64,000 bases of DNA from positions 64,081 to 128,080 of the forward strand of contig JAAYVD010000172.1 in the NCBI GenBank assembly GCA_012517355.1, written 5' to 3'. The translations under genes were made by a program, and so were the position numbers. The notes under the pieces were generated by a model. The model was not told where the DNA came from. It saw only the letters and a program-made list of their open reading frames with translations, and did no database searches. Source of the DNA: Candidatus Rifleibacteriota bacterium (GTDB taxonomy: Bacteria; Muiribacteriota; Ozemobacteria; Ozemobacterales; Ozemobacteraceae). Positions within the stretch are counted from its first letter, which is position 1. The number at the start of each line of letters is the position of its first letter. Shown piece after piece: positions 1 to 8,844 of the stretch.

Positions 1-134
1 GACAGCCGGGCCACGTGCAGGGCGTGCAGCTCCGAGAGCGGGCCGACGTCGGACAGCAGCTTGCGGGCTCCGTGGACGGCCAGGGTGTCGGGCAGCAGGG
101 GCAGGTGGTCGGCGGCGTGGAATTCAAACGGCAT
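1..134 (-). CDS. Partial (N-terminus only) probable HD-domain phosphohydrolase, Ppx/GppA C-terminal-like
   Basis: Manual translation from ATG at 134: MPFEFHAADHLPLLPDTLAVHGARKLLSDVGPLSELHALHVARL..., running off the window edge. The start overlaps the CHAD gene stop. 'HALHVARL' resembles the first helix of Ppx-type HD domains. Confidence 0.5.
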   Translation of the reverse strand, partial: MPFEFHAADHLPLLPDTLAVHGARKLLSDVGPLSELHALHVARL

Positions 135-1281
135 GGCGGGCGAACTCCTTTTTCCAGATGGGCGGACAGCTGCCCTCGGAGAACCAGCGGGCCAGCGATT
201 CTGACCAGTGCAGGGAAGCGAGGTTCCCGAGGAGCGAACGGGCGGCCCCGTAGTGGCGTTCGCGCTGGGCCGACAGGTCGGCCAGCACGTGCAAAAAAAC
301 CTTGCGGTGATCCCGGGGCGCTGGCAGGAAGCGGGCTTCAAGGTTGAGGCCCCGGGGGAACGGCCAGGGCAGTTCGGCCACCAGGGCGCGCACCAGGCGC
401 TGCCGGTCGCGGACCTGGCGGCGCCACAGTTTTCTGAGGGTCTCGGCGAGCAGATCGACGTCGTGGATCCAGCCGAGCAGGTCCTGGACGTTCTTGCAGA
501 CCTTCAGCAACCCGGGCGCCTCCTTGCCGAGGAAGGGCGCGAACAGTTCGACCGCGTAGCGCAGGCGCTTGAACTGGATGCGCAGGTCGTGCAGGGGAAC
601 CACCGTCTCTTGCGGCATGTCCCAGGCGATCGCGTGGGAGCGCCGCACGGCCTCGTCGAGCTCCGCCTGCAACACGGCCCGAACACCCTCGGGCACGGTG
701 GGCAGAGGACCGGGGCGGGGGTCGGGCAGGGGAAGGGTGCCGACCGCGGCGTGTTCGCGCACGAACTGCTGGAGCTCGGCGTCGAGCCGTCCCTTGCGGG
801 CGGTGAACCACGCGGTGACCTCGTCCAGGCTGGTCCGCACACCGGGCCGCGCGGGTGCCGGGATCTGGGCCAGCATCTCGAGCTGCACGTCGAGATCGCG
901 CAGGTCGTTGAATGCCTGCATGAACCCTTTCAGTTCGGCGCCCAGGGCCTTTGTCGCCGCCTCGTCGAGGAAGGGGGCGAACCCGCGCAGGGCGCTGCGA
1001 TACCGCCGGCAGGCCACGCGCAGGTCGTGGATGCTGTCGGCCGTCCATTCCCCGGCCACCCGTCCGAGCTCCTTCTGGAAGCCGACCCGACGGGTCTCCA
1101 GCATCTCCTGCAGAGCCCGGTGCAAGGCTCCACGGCCGCCGGGAGTGCCTCGCGAAGCCGGGCCGCCGCGCGAGGCCTGGTCGCGGGGAGAGGGGCCGGC
1201 CGCGGCGTGGGCCCGGACCGCCGGGCTGCGATGCGGGCCAGGGCGGGGTGGGGTGGGGCGGTTGGCGCGGGTCGTTCCCAT
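124..1281 (-). CDS. CHAD domain protein (polyphosphate-binding)
   Basis: CHAD motifs IHDLRVACRRYRS, LRDLDV, LHDLRIQFKRLRYAVE and QDLLGWIHD. ATG at 1281 follows an AGAAGGA RBS. Confidence 0.9.
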   Translation of the reverse strand: MGTTRANRPTPPRPGPHRSPAVRAHAAAGPSPRDQASRGGPASRGTPGGRGALHRALQEMLETRRVGFQKELGRVAGEWTADSIHDLRVACRRYRSALRGFAPFLDEAATKALGAELKGFMQAFNDLRDLDVQLEMLAQIPAPARPGVRTSLDEVTAWFTARKGRLDAELQQFVREHAAVGTLPLPDPRPGPLPTVPEGVRAVLQAELDEAVRRSHAIAWDMPQETVVPLHDLRIQFKRLRYAVELFAPFLGKEAPGLLKVCKNVQDLLGWIHDVDLLAETLRKLWRRQVRDRQRLVRALVAELPWPFPRGLNLEARFLPAPRDHRKVFLHVLADLSAQRERHYGAARSLLGNLASLHWSESLARWFSEGSCPPIWKKEFARHAV

Positions 1282-1422
1282 GTTCCTTCTTTCTGCGACA
1301 AATCGGGCCGCGACGAGGCCCTTTCTCCTGATATCGGCAACCCATCCGTCCTGCTCCAGGGGCACTTCCGACGTCGGGTCGGTCGGGCGCGGGAACGCGG
1401 CCAGGAGGCATGCCCGATGGGG

Positions 1423-1454
1423 AAAAAAGGGAAAGGGGCCGGTTTCCCGGCCCC
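1423..1454 (-). terminator. Intrinsic terminator after the lipoprotein gene
   Basis: Minus strand reads GGGGCCGG-GAAA-CCGGCCCC followed by TTTCCCTTTTTT. Confidence 0.75.
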
Positions 1455-1473
1455 GGTGCAGATGAAAGAACGG

Positions 1474-3762
1474 TCAGTGGATGTCGGTGACCTGGATGGT
1501 CTTGCGTTCGCCCTCGGTGTAGAGGACCCCCGCGAGGGTGACCCCCTTTCCGACCCATTGCGCCAGCGAGATCGAACTGACCGTATCGACGCTGACGAAC
1601 ATCGCCTGCAGGACGGCCCCGTCGTAGGCGGGATCGGCGCAGGAGAACACAAACAGGCCGGCCACCGGTTTGCCGCCGGCGGTGGCCTGCACGACCTTCC
1701 CCGGCACCCCGGAAAACTCGGCCGGGGGCGGGGGCAGCACGCGGGCGCGCGTCACGACGAGATACATGGGCCCGATGTCGTAGGAGGAAATGACGCCGGT
1801 CCCGGGGTATCCATCGACCACCCCGGGTTCGCCGGAGCTGCCCGGACCGCTGCCCGAGCCGCCGCCCGAGGAGTCGAGGGTGACGGACATCGGAATGACC
1901 TGGCCAGGGTCGGTGGGGAAGTCGGGATCGGTCGGGGCGACGGGCGTGTAGGGCGATTTCACCATCAGACCCTCAACCTCGACGAAGGCATACTGGGCGA
2001 GGTCGGCGAGATCGACCTGGGTCTCGGTCTTGGCGCCGGTCTCCGAGACTTTCGTCAGGGTGATCTTCTGGCCTGGTTCCTGGGCCAGCCAGGCGATGGT
2101 CGGGTTGAAGGCCGGGTAGATGGCGGGTTCGGCCCCTCCCCAGGCCGGGCTGGAACCAGCCGACATGACGCGGGCGAGCCCGACGGATTCGAGGCTGTGG
2201 GTGAAGGACCAGGACTCGCCCTCCAGGGTCATCGGGGTGGCGAGGGCCTGCACCCGGCCCGACAGGTTGATGGAATAGGGCGCCGCAGGATCAGGCCCGG
2301 TCACGACGGGCGGGGTGGGGAAGTTGAGGTTCTCGCCGGTCTGGGCCCAGATCAGGTAGGCGACGGCCTTGGCCTGCCCGGCGGTGAGCGGCGGGTTGAT
2401 GCCGGCGGCCACCTCCTGCACGCGGGTGATGAGCCGCTCGATGAACTGGTCCTGGAGGCGGACGAACCCGATGGCGCGGCCGGCCGGGTCGCCTTGCGGG
2501 GCCATCAGGGTCTTGTATTCCGAGTTGGCGCTGATCTCGACGCCCGAGCCGACGGCGTCGGCGCCGGTGAGGGAATCGTCGAACCCGTAGGCGGGGACCT
2601 CGATGGCGAACACCTTCCCGACCAGGTCGGGGGTGAAGTTCACTTCCATCAGGGCCAGGCTCAGATACTTGCCGAAGGTCAGAAAGACCTGGCCGTTGTC
2701 GGTGAAGAACCGCTGGATCTCGGCGGGCGTGCGGGCGGCCTCCAGGGCGGCGGCGATCTTTTCCACCAGGGCGAAGAATTCCTGGTAGCTGGCCTCCTTC
2801 GTGTCGGGCACGAGCGTCCTGACCGACTCGGTGACGACCTCGAGGAACCGGAGTTTGCGCTCCTTGAGCCGTTCCGTGGCGGTGGTCTGCCACTCGGCGG
2901 TGCGCTTGATCTCGGGCAGGAAGGGCTCGTAGACGAAGGTCTGATCCATGTCGTCCATGGCCTGGCGGTCGGTGGCGCTGAACCCGAGCTCGGCGGCCTT
3001 GGCGGCCAGTTCGCGGTCGAACAGCTTCCAACCCTCGGCCGGGGTCATCTCGCCCTTTTCGATGGCCTCGTTGATGCGTTGCTGCAGGTCGAAGGCGAAC
3101 TGGCGCAGGGCGGGGAGCTTCGTGCCGAACCTGGCTTCCATGGCCTGTTCGCGGGCGACCAGGTTCCGCACCAGCTCGGCGATCTTCCCTTCCAGCTCCT
3201 GGAGGGCCTCCTCGGGCAGGACGGACAGGACCTCGCCCAGGTTGATCTCCAGGTGCTTGCCGAATTTGGCGGCCTCCCTGACGATCTTCACGGGCAGGCC
3301 GGACTCGGGGTCCATGGTCGGGGCCCGCACCATGCGGCCGTTCACCACCATGGGCAGCAGCGCCTCGAACGAGCGGCCGTTCGCGGTGGCGCGCACGATC
3401 AGGTTCCGCAGGATGGCCAGCGAGGAGGTGAAGGGAATCTGGTAGTAGCCCTTGTCATCGGTGCGGCCGGCTCCGAGGGGGATCTCCACGCCGGTCGTCG
3501 GGTCGAGGGCGATCAGCTGCACGGCGGCGTTCTCGGCAGGGGTCTCGAGGGTCGCGGCCAGGTTGGCCCGGACCTTGTTGTTCAGGCTGGCCGTGCTGAC
3601 GTAGCCTTCGACGGTGCCCGTGGTGCCGGTGCCGGGCCCGACCGGGCTGATGAAGCCGCCGCCGCCCCCGCCGCCGCCGCCGCATCCGGTCAACAACAAG
3701 GAACAAAGAAAGGCCAGGAAGACGGCCAACGGCCGGAACTCTCTCTTGGCATGGGATCTCAT
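1474..3762 (-). CDS. Large hypothetical lipoprotein (~762 aa)
   Basis: ATG at 3762 after GGAGG. Signal peptide with lipobox LLLTG-C followed by poly-Gly; helical middle region and Pro/Gly-rich linker. No family recognised. Confidence 0.8.
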   Translation of the reverse strand: MRSHAKREFRPLAVFLAFLCSLLLTGCGGGGGGGGGFISPVGPGTGTTGTVEGYVSTASLNNKVRANLAATLETPAENAAVQLIALDPTTGVEIPLGAGRTDDKGYYQIPFTSSLAILRNLIVRATANGRSFEALLPMVVNGRMVRAPTMDPESGLPVKIVREAAKFGKHLEINLGEVLSVLPEEALQELEGKIAELVRNLVAREQAMEARFGTKLPALRQFAFDLQQRINEAIEKGEMTPAEGWKLFDRELAAKAAELGFSATDRQAMDDMDQTFVYEPFLPEIKRTAEWQTTATERLKERKLRFLEVVTESVRTLVPDTKEASYQEFFALVEKIAAALEAARTPAEIQRFFTDNGQVFLTFGKYLSLALMEVNFTPDLVGKVFAIEVPAYGFDDSLTGADAVGSGVEISANSEYKTLMAPQGDPAGRAIGFVRLQDQFIERLITRVQEVAAGINPPLTAGQAKAVAYLIWAQTGENLNFPTPPVVTGPDPAAPYSINLSGRVQALATPMTLEGESWSFTHSLESVGLARVMSAGSSPAWGGAEPAIYPAFNPTIAWLAQEPGQKITLTKVSETGAKTETQVDLADLAQYAFVEVEGLMVKSPYTPVAPTDPDFPTDPGQVIPMSVTLDSSGGGSGSGPGSSGEPGVVDGYPGTGVISSYDIGPMYLVVTRARVLPPPPAEFSGVPGKVVQATAGGKPVAGLFVFSCADPAYDGAVLQAMFVSVDTVSSISLAQWVGKGVTLAGVLYTEGERKTIQVTDIH

Positions 3763-3865
3763 GGTGCCTCCTGCAAAACTCTTTTTTCGGGACCCATTAA
3801 TGGTACCCCAGATGGGGCCTCTCTTCAATATCGGACGGGACGACCTCGACCCTGAGGGGGTGGTG

Positions 3866-3871
3866 TATAAT
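3866..3871 (+). promoter_or_regulatory. Putative -10 box for the DUF362 gene
   Basis: TATAAT 44 nt upstream of the ATG at 3915; no clear -35. Confidence 0.45.
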
Positions 3872-3914
3872 AGCCAACAGACCGGACCCACTCTCCCCTG
3901 AAAGGAGCCCGCCC

Positions 3915-5192
3915 ATGGCTTCTAGCGCCCCCGTGGCCATCCTGCGAACCTCGCCCGAACGGGTGCTCGAGGACTACCACGAGCTGATGAACCTGGCCGG
4001 CTACCGGGACGAGATCGCCCCCGACGCCGAGACCGCCCTCAAAGTCAACATCTCCTGGCACTTCTTCTACCCCGCCGCCTCGACCACCCCCTGGCAGCTG
4101 GAAGGGGTCATCCGGGCCATGAAGCGCGACGGGTACGCCCCCGACCGCATCCATGCCTGCCACAACCGCACCGTGGTCATCGATGCCCACCTCGGCGAGC
4201 GCGAGAACAAGCAGGTGAACGTGGTGCAGGCCCACGGCCTGGCCAACGTGCACCTCTACGAGACCGAGCAGTGGATGGACGTGCGCGAGGCGGTCGGTGA
4301 CCTGACGCGGAAGTTCCTGTGCCTGAACGAGGTCTACCCGCAGGGGTTCTCCATCCCGCGGCGGTTCGTCGGCGAAAACATCATCCACCTGCCGACCGTG
4401 AAGACCCACGTCTTCACCACCACCACGGGGGCGATGAAGAACGCCTTCGGCGGCCTCCTCAACGAGCGCCGCCACTGGACCCACCCCGTCATCCACGAGA
4501 CGCTGGTCGACCTGCTGATGATCCAGAAGAAGATCCATCGCGGCATTTTCGCCGTCATGGACGGCACCTTCGCGGGCGACGGCCCGGGGCCCCGCTGCAT
4601 GGTGCCCCACGTCAAGAACGTCATCCTCGCCTCGCGCGACCAGGTGGCCATCGACGCGGTGGCGGCGCGCCTGATGGGGTTCGATCCCCTGAAGGACCTG
4701 AAATACGTGCGGCTGGCCCACGAGATGGGCCTGGGGTGCGGCGACCCGGCGCAGATCCCGCTGGTGGGCGACCTCGAGGCGGCGCGCGAGAACTGGCATT
4801 TCGACGGGCCCTTCCGCGAGATGACCTTCGCCGCCCGGAACCAGCACCGCATCTACTGGGGACCCCTGAAGAAGCCCCTCGAATGGTCGCTGAAGACCTG
4901 GCTCGCGCCGTGGTCCTACCTCGCCTCGGTCTTCTACCACGACCTGTTCTGGTATCCGCTCTACGCCCGCGCCAAGGCCCGCCGCGTCATGCGCAGCCCC
5001 TGGGGCCGGCTGTTCTCGAACTGGGAACAGGCCCGCCCCGACGCCGCCGGCCGCGGCTACCCCGCCGACCAGTGGGGGGGCACGGCCCCCCTGAAGATCG
5101 ACAAGAGCCATGTCTGGCAGGGCCTCAAGCTCCTGGGCATGGCCATCGCCGAGTCGCCTGAATGGCTGGGAACCGGCCAGGACCGGCGGTGA
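3915..5192 (+). CDS. DUF362-domain (putative Fe-S-binding) protein, cytoplasmic
   Basis: LKVNISW, LPTVKTH...TTGAMKN.FG, DGTFAGDGPGP and D.VAIDAVAARLMGFDP motifs; AAAGGAG RBS. Confidence 0.85.
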   Translation: MASSAPVAILRTSPERVLEDYHELMNLAGYRDEIAPDAETALKVNISWHFFYPAASTTPWQLEGVIRAMKRDGYAPDRIHACHNRTVVIDAHLGERENKQVNVVQAHGLANVHLYETEQWMDVREAVGDLTRKFLCLNEVYPQGFSIPRRFVGENIIHLPTVKTHVFTTTTGAMKNAFGGLLNERRHWTHPVIHETLVDLLMIQKKIHRGIFAVMDGTFAGDGPGPRCMVPHVKNVILASRDQVAIDAVAARLMGFDPLKDLKYVRLAHEMGLGCGDPAQIPLVGDLEAARENWHFDGPFREMTFAARNQHRIYWGPLKKPLEWSLKTWLAPWSYLASVFYHDLFWYPLYARAKARRVMRSPWGRLFSNWEQARPDAAGRGYPADQWGGTAPLKIDKSHVWQGLKLLGMAIAESPEWLGTGQDRR

Positions 5193-5223
5193 GCCTCCGC
5201 CTCCCCCCCACGCGGGGTCCGGC

Positions 5224-5913
5224 GTGAACGGGCCCGCTTCCCCGGCCCCTCCTTCGGGGCGTCCGACCGACCGGGGCCGCTCAACAGCCCGTCCGCCTTT
5301 GCCATCCCCGGTCCGGGGATTGCCGTCGCGGGCGGCCTGGATCCTGCCATTGGCCGGGGCCGGGCTGATTTTCGCCCTGGCGCTTGGCGCGAGCCCGGCC
5401 ATCGCGGACGGCCCGCCCGCTGACGTCCAGGACGCGGCCCCGGTCGCCCCCGGTCCGGGGCAGGGCCCGGCCATCCCCGCCGCCGCCCCCTGCCCGCTCG
5501 ACCTGCTTCCCGAGATGCAGCCCCTGCCCGAAGAGGCGACCCTCGACCGCGCCGCCGTCCCGCCGGTCGATGTCGTCGGCGCTTTCCGCGCCGCCTGGGA
5601 ACCGGCGCGTTCGCCCCTGTTGTCCAGTCTGGACACACCACGTTTCGTTGACCTGTCCAGGTGGGCCCGGGGCGAGACGACCAGCTTCGTCCCGCCCGCG
5701 CGCTGGCCCGAGACCCTCGATCTGGAGCCGCTGGGGCGGGACCCGGCCACCGGCCGCTGGTTGTTCGGCCTGCCGCCGGAGCGGTCGCCCGTGGCCCTGC
5801 CCGCCCATTCCCCCCTCGTCTTCCGGCGGGTGGTGGCGTTCGCCTGGTTCGACCCCGGCTCCCGCCGGCTCGACCGGGTGATCCTCACCATCCGCGGCTG
5901 GCGCGAGGAATGA
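5224..5913 (+). CDS. Hypothetical exported protein (start uncertain)
   Basis: In-frame GTG at 5224; hydrophobic signal-like segment (AWILPLAGAGLIFALALGA); fills the gap between co-oriented genes. Confidence 0.55.
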   Translation: MNGPASPAPPSGRPTDRGRSTARPPLPSPVRGLPSRAAWILPLAGAGLIFALALGASPAIADGPPADVQDAAPVAPGPGQGPAIPAAAPCPLDLLPEMQPLPEEATLDRAAVPPVDVVGAFRAAWEPARSPLLSSLDTPRFVDLSRWARGETTSFVPPARWPETLDLEPLGRDPATGRWLFGLPPERSPVALPAHSPLVFRRVVAFAWFDPGSRRLDRVILTIRGWREE

Positions 5914-5944
5914 TCCCCCTGATCCCCGTCAAGGAGCCCGACCG

Positions 5945-7303
5945 ATGAGCGAACTCGACAAGAACCAGTTGATGCGCCTGGTGGTGGCCGAGGCCCTGCG
6001 TGACCGCCGGCTCGATGCCGAGGACAAGCAGAAGATCCGCGCCCTCGCCCTGGCCCTCGACGTGCCCCGCGAGGAGATCGAGGCGCAGGTCAGGGCCTGC
6101 GCCGCCGAGGCCCCGACCGCCGGGCCGGCCGAAGGATTCGACGCCGTCGCCGTCTTTACCGCCGCCTGCGAGGCGGCCGCCGCCGACCGTGTCCTGACCC
6201 GCCAGGAGGAGGAGCTGCTGTTCGCCCTGAAGGAGGTCCTCGGTCTGGGCGACGACCAGTACCACCGCGAGATGAAGGCGCTGCAGGAGAGATGCCGCAC
6301 CAAGGTCGGGTCGGTGGCGCAGGACGAGGAGGACCCGGGCGACCTCGACCCCGCCGCCATCAGCCCGGCCGAGATCATCGGGAGGATCATCGCCAACGTC
6401 GAGAAGGTCATCGTCGGCAAGATCGACGTGGTGCGGCTGATCCTGACCGCCGTCATGGCGAACAGCCACGTGCTGCTCGAGGACGTTCCCGGCACCGGCA
6501 AGACGATGCTGGCGCGCGCGCTGGCCACCTCGATCGACTGCGTCTGCAAGCGCGTCCAGTTCACGCCCGACCTGCTGCCGATGGACGTCACCGGCACGAT
6601 GGTGTTCAACCCGCAGTCCTCGGAGTTCACCTTCAAGCGCGGCCCCATCTTCACCAACGTCTTTTTGGCCGACGAGGTCAACCGCGCCACCCCCCGCACC
6701 CAGTCGAGCCTGCTCGAGGTCATGGAGGAACGGCAGGTCTCGCTCGACGGCGCCGCCTACCCGATGGCCCGCGTCTTCTTCGTGCTCGCCACCCAGAACC
6801 CGATCGAGCAGCACGGCACCTTCCCGCTGCCCGAGGCGCAGCTCGACCGGTTCCTGATGAAACTGACGATGGGCTACCCGGGCCCCGCCGGCGAGCGCAC
6901 CATGCTGGAAAGCCACGTGCGCGGCTCGCCGATCAGCGAGATCCGCCCGGTCGTCAGCCTGCGCGAGTTCGCGGCCCTCCAGACCTGGGTGCGGCGCCGG
7001 GTGACCGTGGCGCCCGAGGTCATGACCTACGTGCTCGGGGTCGTCCAGGCCCTGCGCGAGCACGGCGACCTCGCCCTCGGCCCCAGCCCGCGCGCCTCGA
7101 TCGCCCTGATGCGCGCCGGCATGGCCTACGCCGCCCTCGAGGGCCGCGATTACGTCATCCCCGACGACGTCAAGTTCCTGGCCCCGCGCGTGCTCGGCCA
7201 CCGGCTGGTGCTCAAGCCCGGAGCCCTGATCAAGAAGGTGCGGCCCGAGGACATCGTCGGCACCGTCCTCGGCCGCGTGGCCGTGCCGACGGTCAGGTCC
7301 TGA
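5945..7303 (+). CDS. MoxR-family AAA+ ATPase with N-terminal TerB-like helical extension
   Basis: HVLLEDVPGTGKT, RVQFTPDLLPMD, LADEVNRATPRTQSSLLE and ATQNPIEQHGTFPLPEAQLDRF motifs; about 130 extra N-terminal residues. Confidence 0.93.
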   Translation: MSELDKNQLMRLVVAEALRDRRLDAEDKQKIRALALALDVPREEIEAQVRACAAEAPTAGPAEGFDAVAVFTAACEAAAADRVLTRQEEELLFALKEVLGLGDDQYHREMKALQERCRTKVGSVAQDEEDPGDLDPAAISPAEIIGRIIANVEKVIVGKIDVVRLILTAVMANSHVLLEDVPGTGKTMLARALATSIDCVCKRVQFTPDLLPMDVTGTMVFNPQSSEFTFKRGPIFTNVFLADEVNRATPRTQSSLLEVMEERQVSLDGAAYPMARVFFVLATQNPIEQHGTFPLPEAQLDRFLMKLTMGYPGPAGERTMLESHVRGSPISEIRPVVSLREFAALQTWVRRRVTVAPEVMTYVLGVVQALREHGDLALGPSPRASIALMRAGMAYAALEGRDYVIPDDVKFLAPRVLGHRLVLKPGALIKKVRPEDIVGTVLGRVAVPTVRS

Positions 7304-7515
7304 GCGGGATCCCGCAGGCATCTGCCGCACGATGAGCGATGGGAGGCACCGGGCTGCCGCAGCGTGGGCAGGAAGGACGGTGGGCTGCGAGCCCTCACGG
7401 CCAGGACCTGCCTTGTCCGGCCACGTTGTCGAGGAATCTCGCCAGCAGAGGCTAGGGCAGGCCACGGACCGAAGCCGGGAAACGGGACACCAACCGGAAG
7501 GAGGAGGGTAGGGGA

Positions 7516-8844
7516 ATGGGCCTGTTCTATGGCCGCACCGGTGACACGTGGGGGCCCTCCCTGCCGACCACCCTGCGGGGCCTGCTCTGGTATCTGCTGT
7601 TCGGCGGCATCTTCCTGTTCCTGCCCCACAGCCGTGCCTCCTGGCAGGACTTCCGCCCCGAGGCCCTGTTCCTGGTCTACCTGCCTCTCGCCCTGTGGGG
7701 GGTCGCCTGGGCTTACGTCACCGCCGTCCGCGACGGGTTCCGCCTCACCGACCGGCGGCTGCCGGCCCTCTGCCTCGAAGGGGAACGCCTCGAGGTCGAA
7801 CTCGACCTGGAATACCATGGCCTGCTGCCCTTCACCCGCGTCCTCGCCCGCGACGGGTTCGACGCCTCCGACATCCTGCAGGGTCCCGAGATCCTCGTCT
7901 ACCCGTCGATGGCCGACCGCGCCGGCCGGCTCCGCCTGCGCTACGTGGTCGAGGCCAGCCGTGGGTTCGGCGACTTCTCGATCGGCCCCCTGCGCCTGGT
8001 GGTCAGCGACCCCCTCGACCTGTTCACCCGCGAGATCGACCTGCCCCTGCGCACCCCGCTCAAGGTGCTTCTCCACTCCCCGCCCCCCGCCGGGATCGAC
8101 CTCGACAAGGACAACGCCCTGACCCCGCTCGGTGACAGCCGGTCGACCCGCACCGGCTCCAGCCTGGAGTTCTACGGCATCAAGGAATACGCCTACGGCG
8201 ACGACATCCGCGCCCTGTGCTGGGCCAAGACCGCGCAGATCGGCCGGCCGGTGCTCAAGACGTTCGAACTCGACGCCCGCCCCGACGTGGTGATGGTGGT
8301 GAACACCAGCCTCGCCCAGGTCAAGGGGTTCGGGTTCGGCAACACCCTCAAGCGCATCCTGCGCCTGGCTTCCGGATTCCTGCACGTCTTCCAGGCGCGC
8401 GGCCTGACCGTGCGCCTGCTGCTGCCGGTCGACGACGAGCCGCGCGAGATCCGCATTCCCCCCGCCGCCGGCCATCACACCTTCGTGCGCGAGTTCTTCG
8501 CCGGCCTCGAAGGCAGCCGGCGGGTCGACCTGGCCGGCCTGCTCGAGGTGGCCACCGCGCGGGTCGGGCCGTCGACGGTGTTTTTGGTGCTGAGCCACAC
8601 CCTCGACATCCCGTTGGAACCGGTGATCGAGTGGCTGTTCGTGGCCCGCTCCCGCAACGCCAAGGTCGCCGTCTGGGTGCTCGACGACGCCGACCTGGTG
8701 CGGTTCAACGAGCAGCAGCAGAGCGAGCGGCTCGACAAGCAGGTGTTCGTCACGCGCATGGGGGAACTGGGCGTCCCCATCCGGCTCGTCCCCATCAGGG
8801 CCTCCGCCATCCGCGAAGCGGCCCGGCACGAGGGAAAGGCATGA
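7516..8844 (+). CDS. DUF58-domain membrane protein
   Basis: EFYGIKEYAYGDDIRALCWAKTA motif, N-terminal TM segments, and position after moxR. Confidence 0.85.
   Translation: MGLFYGRTGDTWGPSLPTTLRGLLWYLLFGGIFLFLPHSRASWQDFRPEALFLVYLPLALWGVAWAYVTAVRDGFRLTDRRLPALCLEGERLEVELDLEYHGLLPFTRVLARDGFDASDILQGPEILVYPSMADRAGRLRLRYVVEASRGFGDFSIGPLRLVVSDPLDLFTREIDLPLRTPLKVLLHSPPPAGIDLDKDNALTPLGDSRSTRTGSSLEFYGIKEYAYGDDIRALCWAKTAQIGRPVLKTFELDARPDVVMVVNTSLAQVKGFGFGNTLKRILRLASGFLHVFQARGLTVRLLLPVDDEPREIRIPPAAGHHTFVREFFAGLEGSRRVDLAGLLEVATARVGPSTVFLVLSHTLDIPLEPVIEWLFVARSRNAKVAVWVLDDADLVRFNEQQQSERLDKQVFVTRMGELGVPIRLVPIRASAIREAARHEGKA

Noticed and set aside
208..3855. 1215-aa plus-strand ORF
   Set aside because: Antisense shadow of the CHAD and lipoprotein genes.
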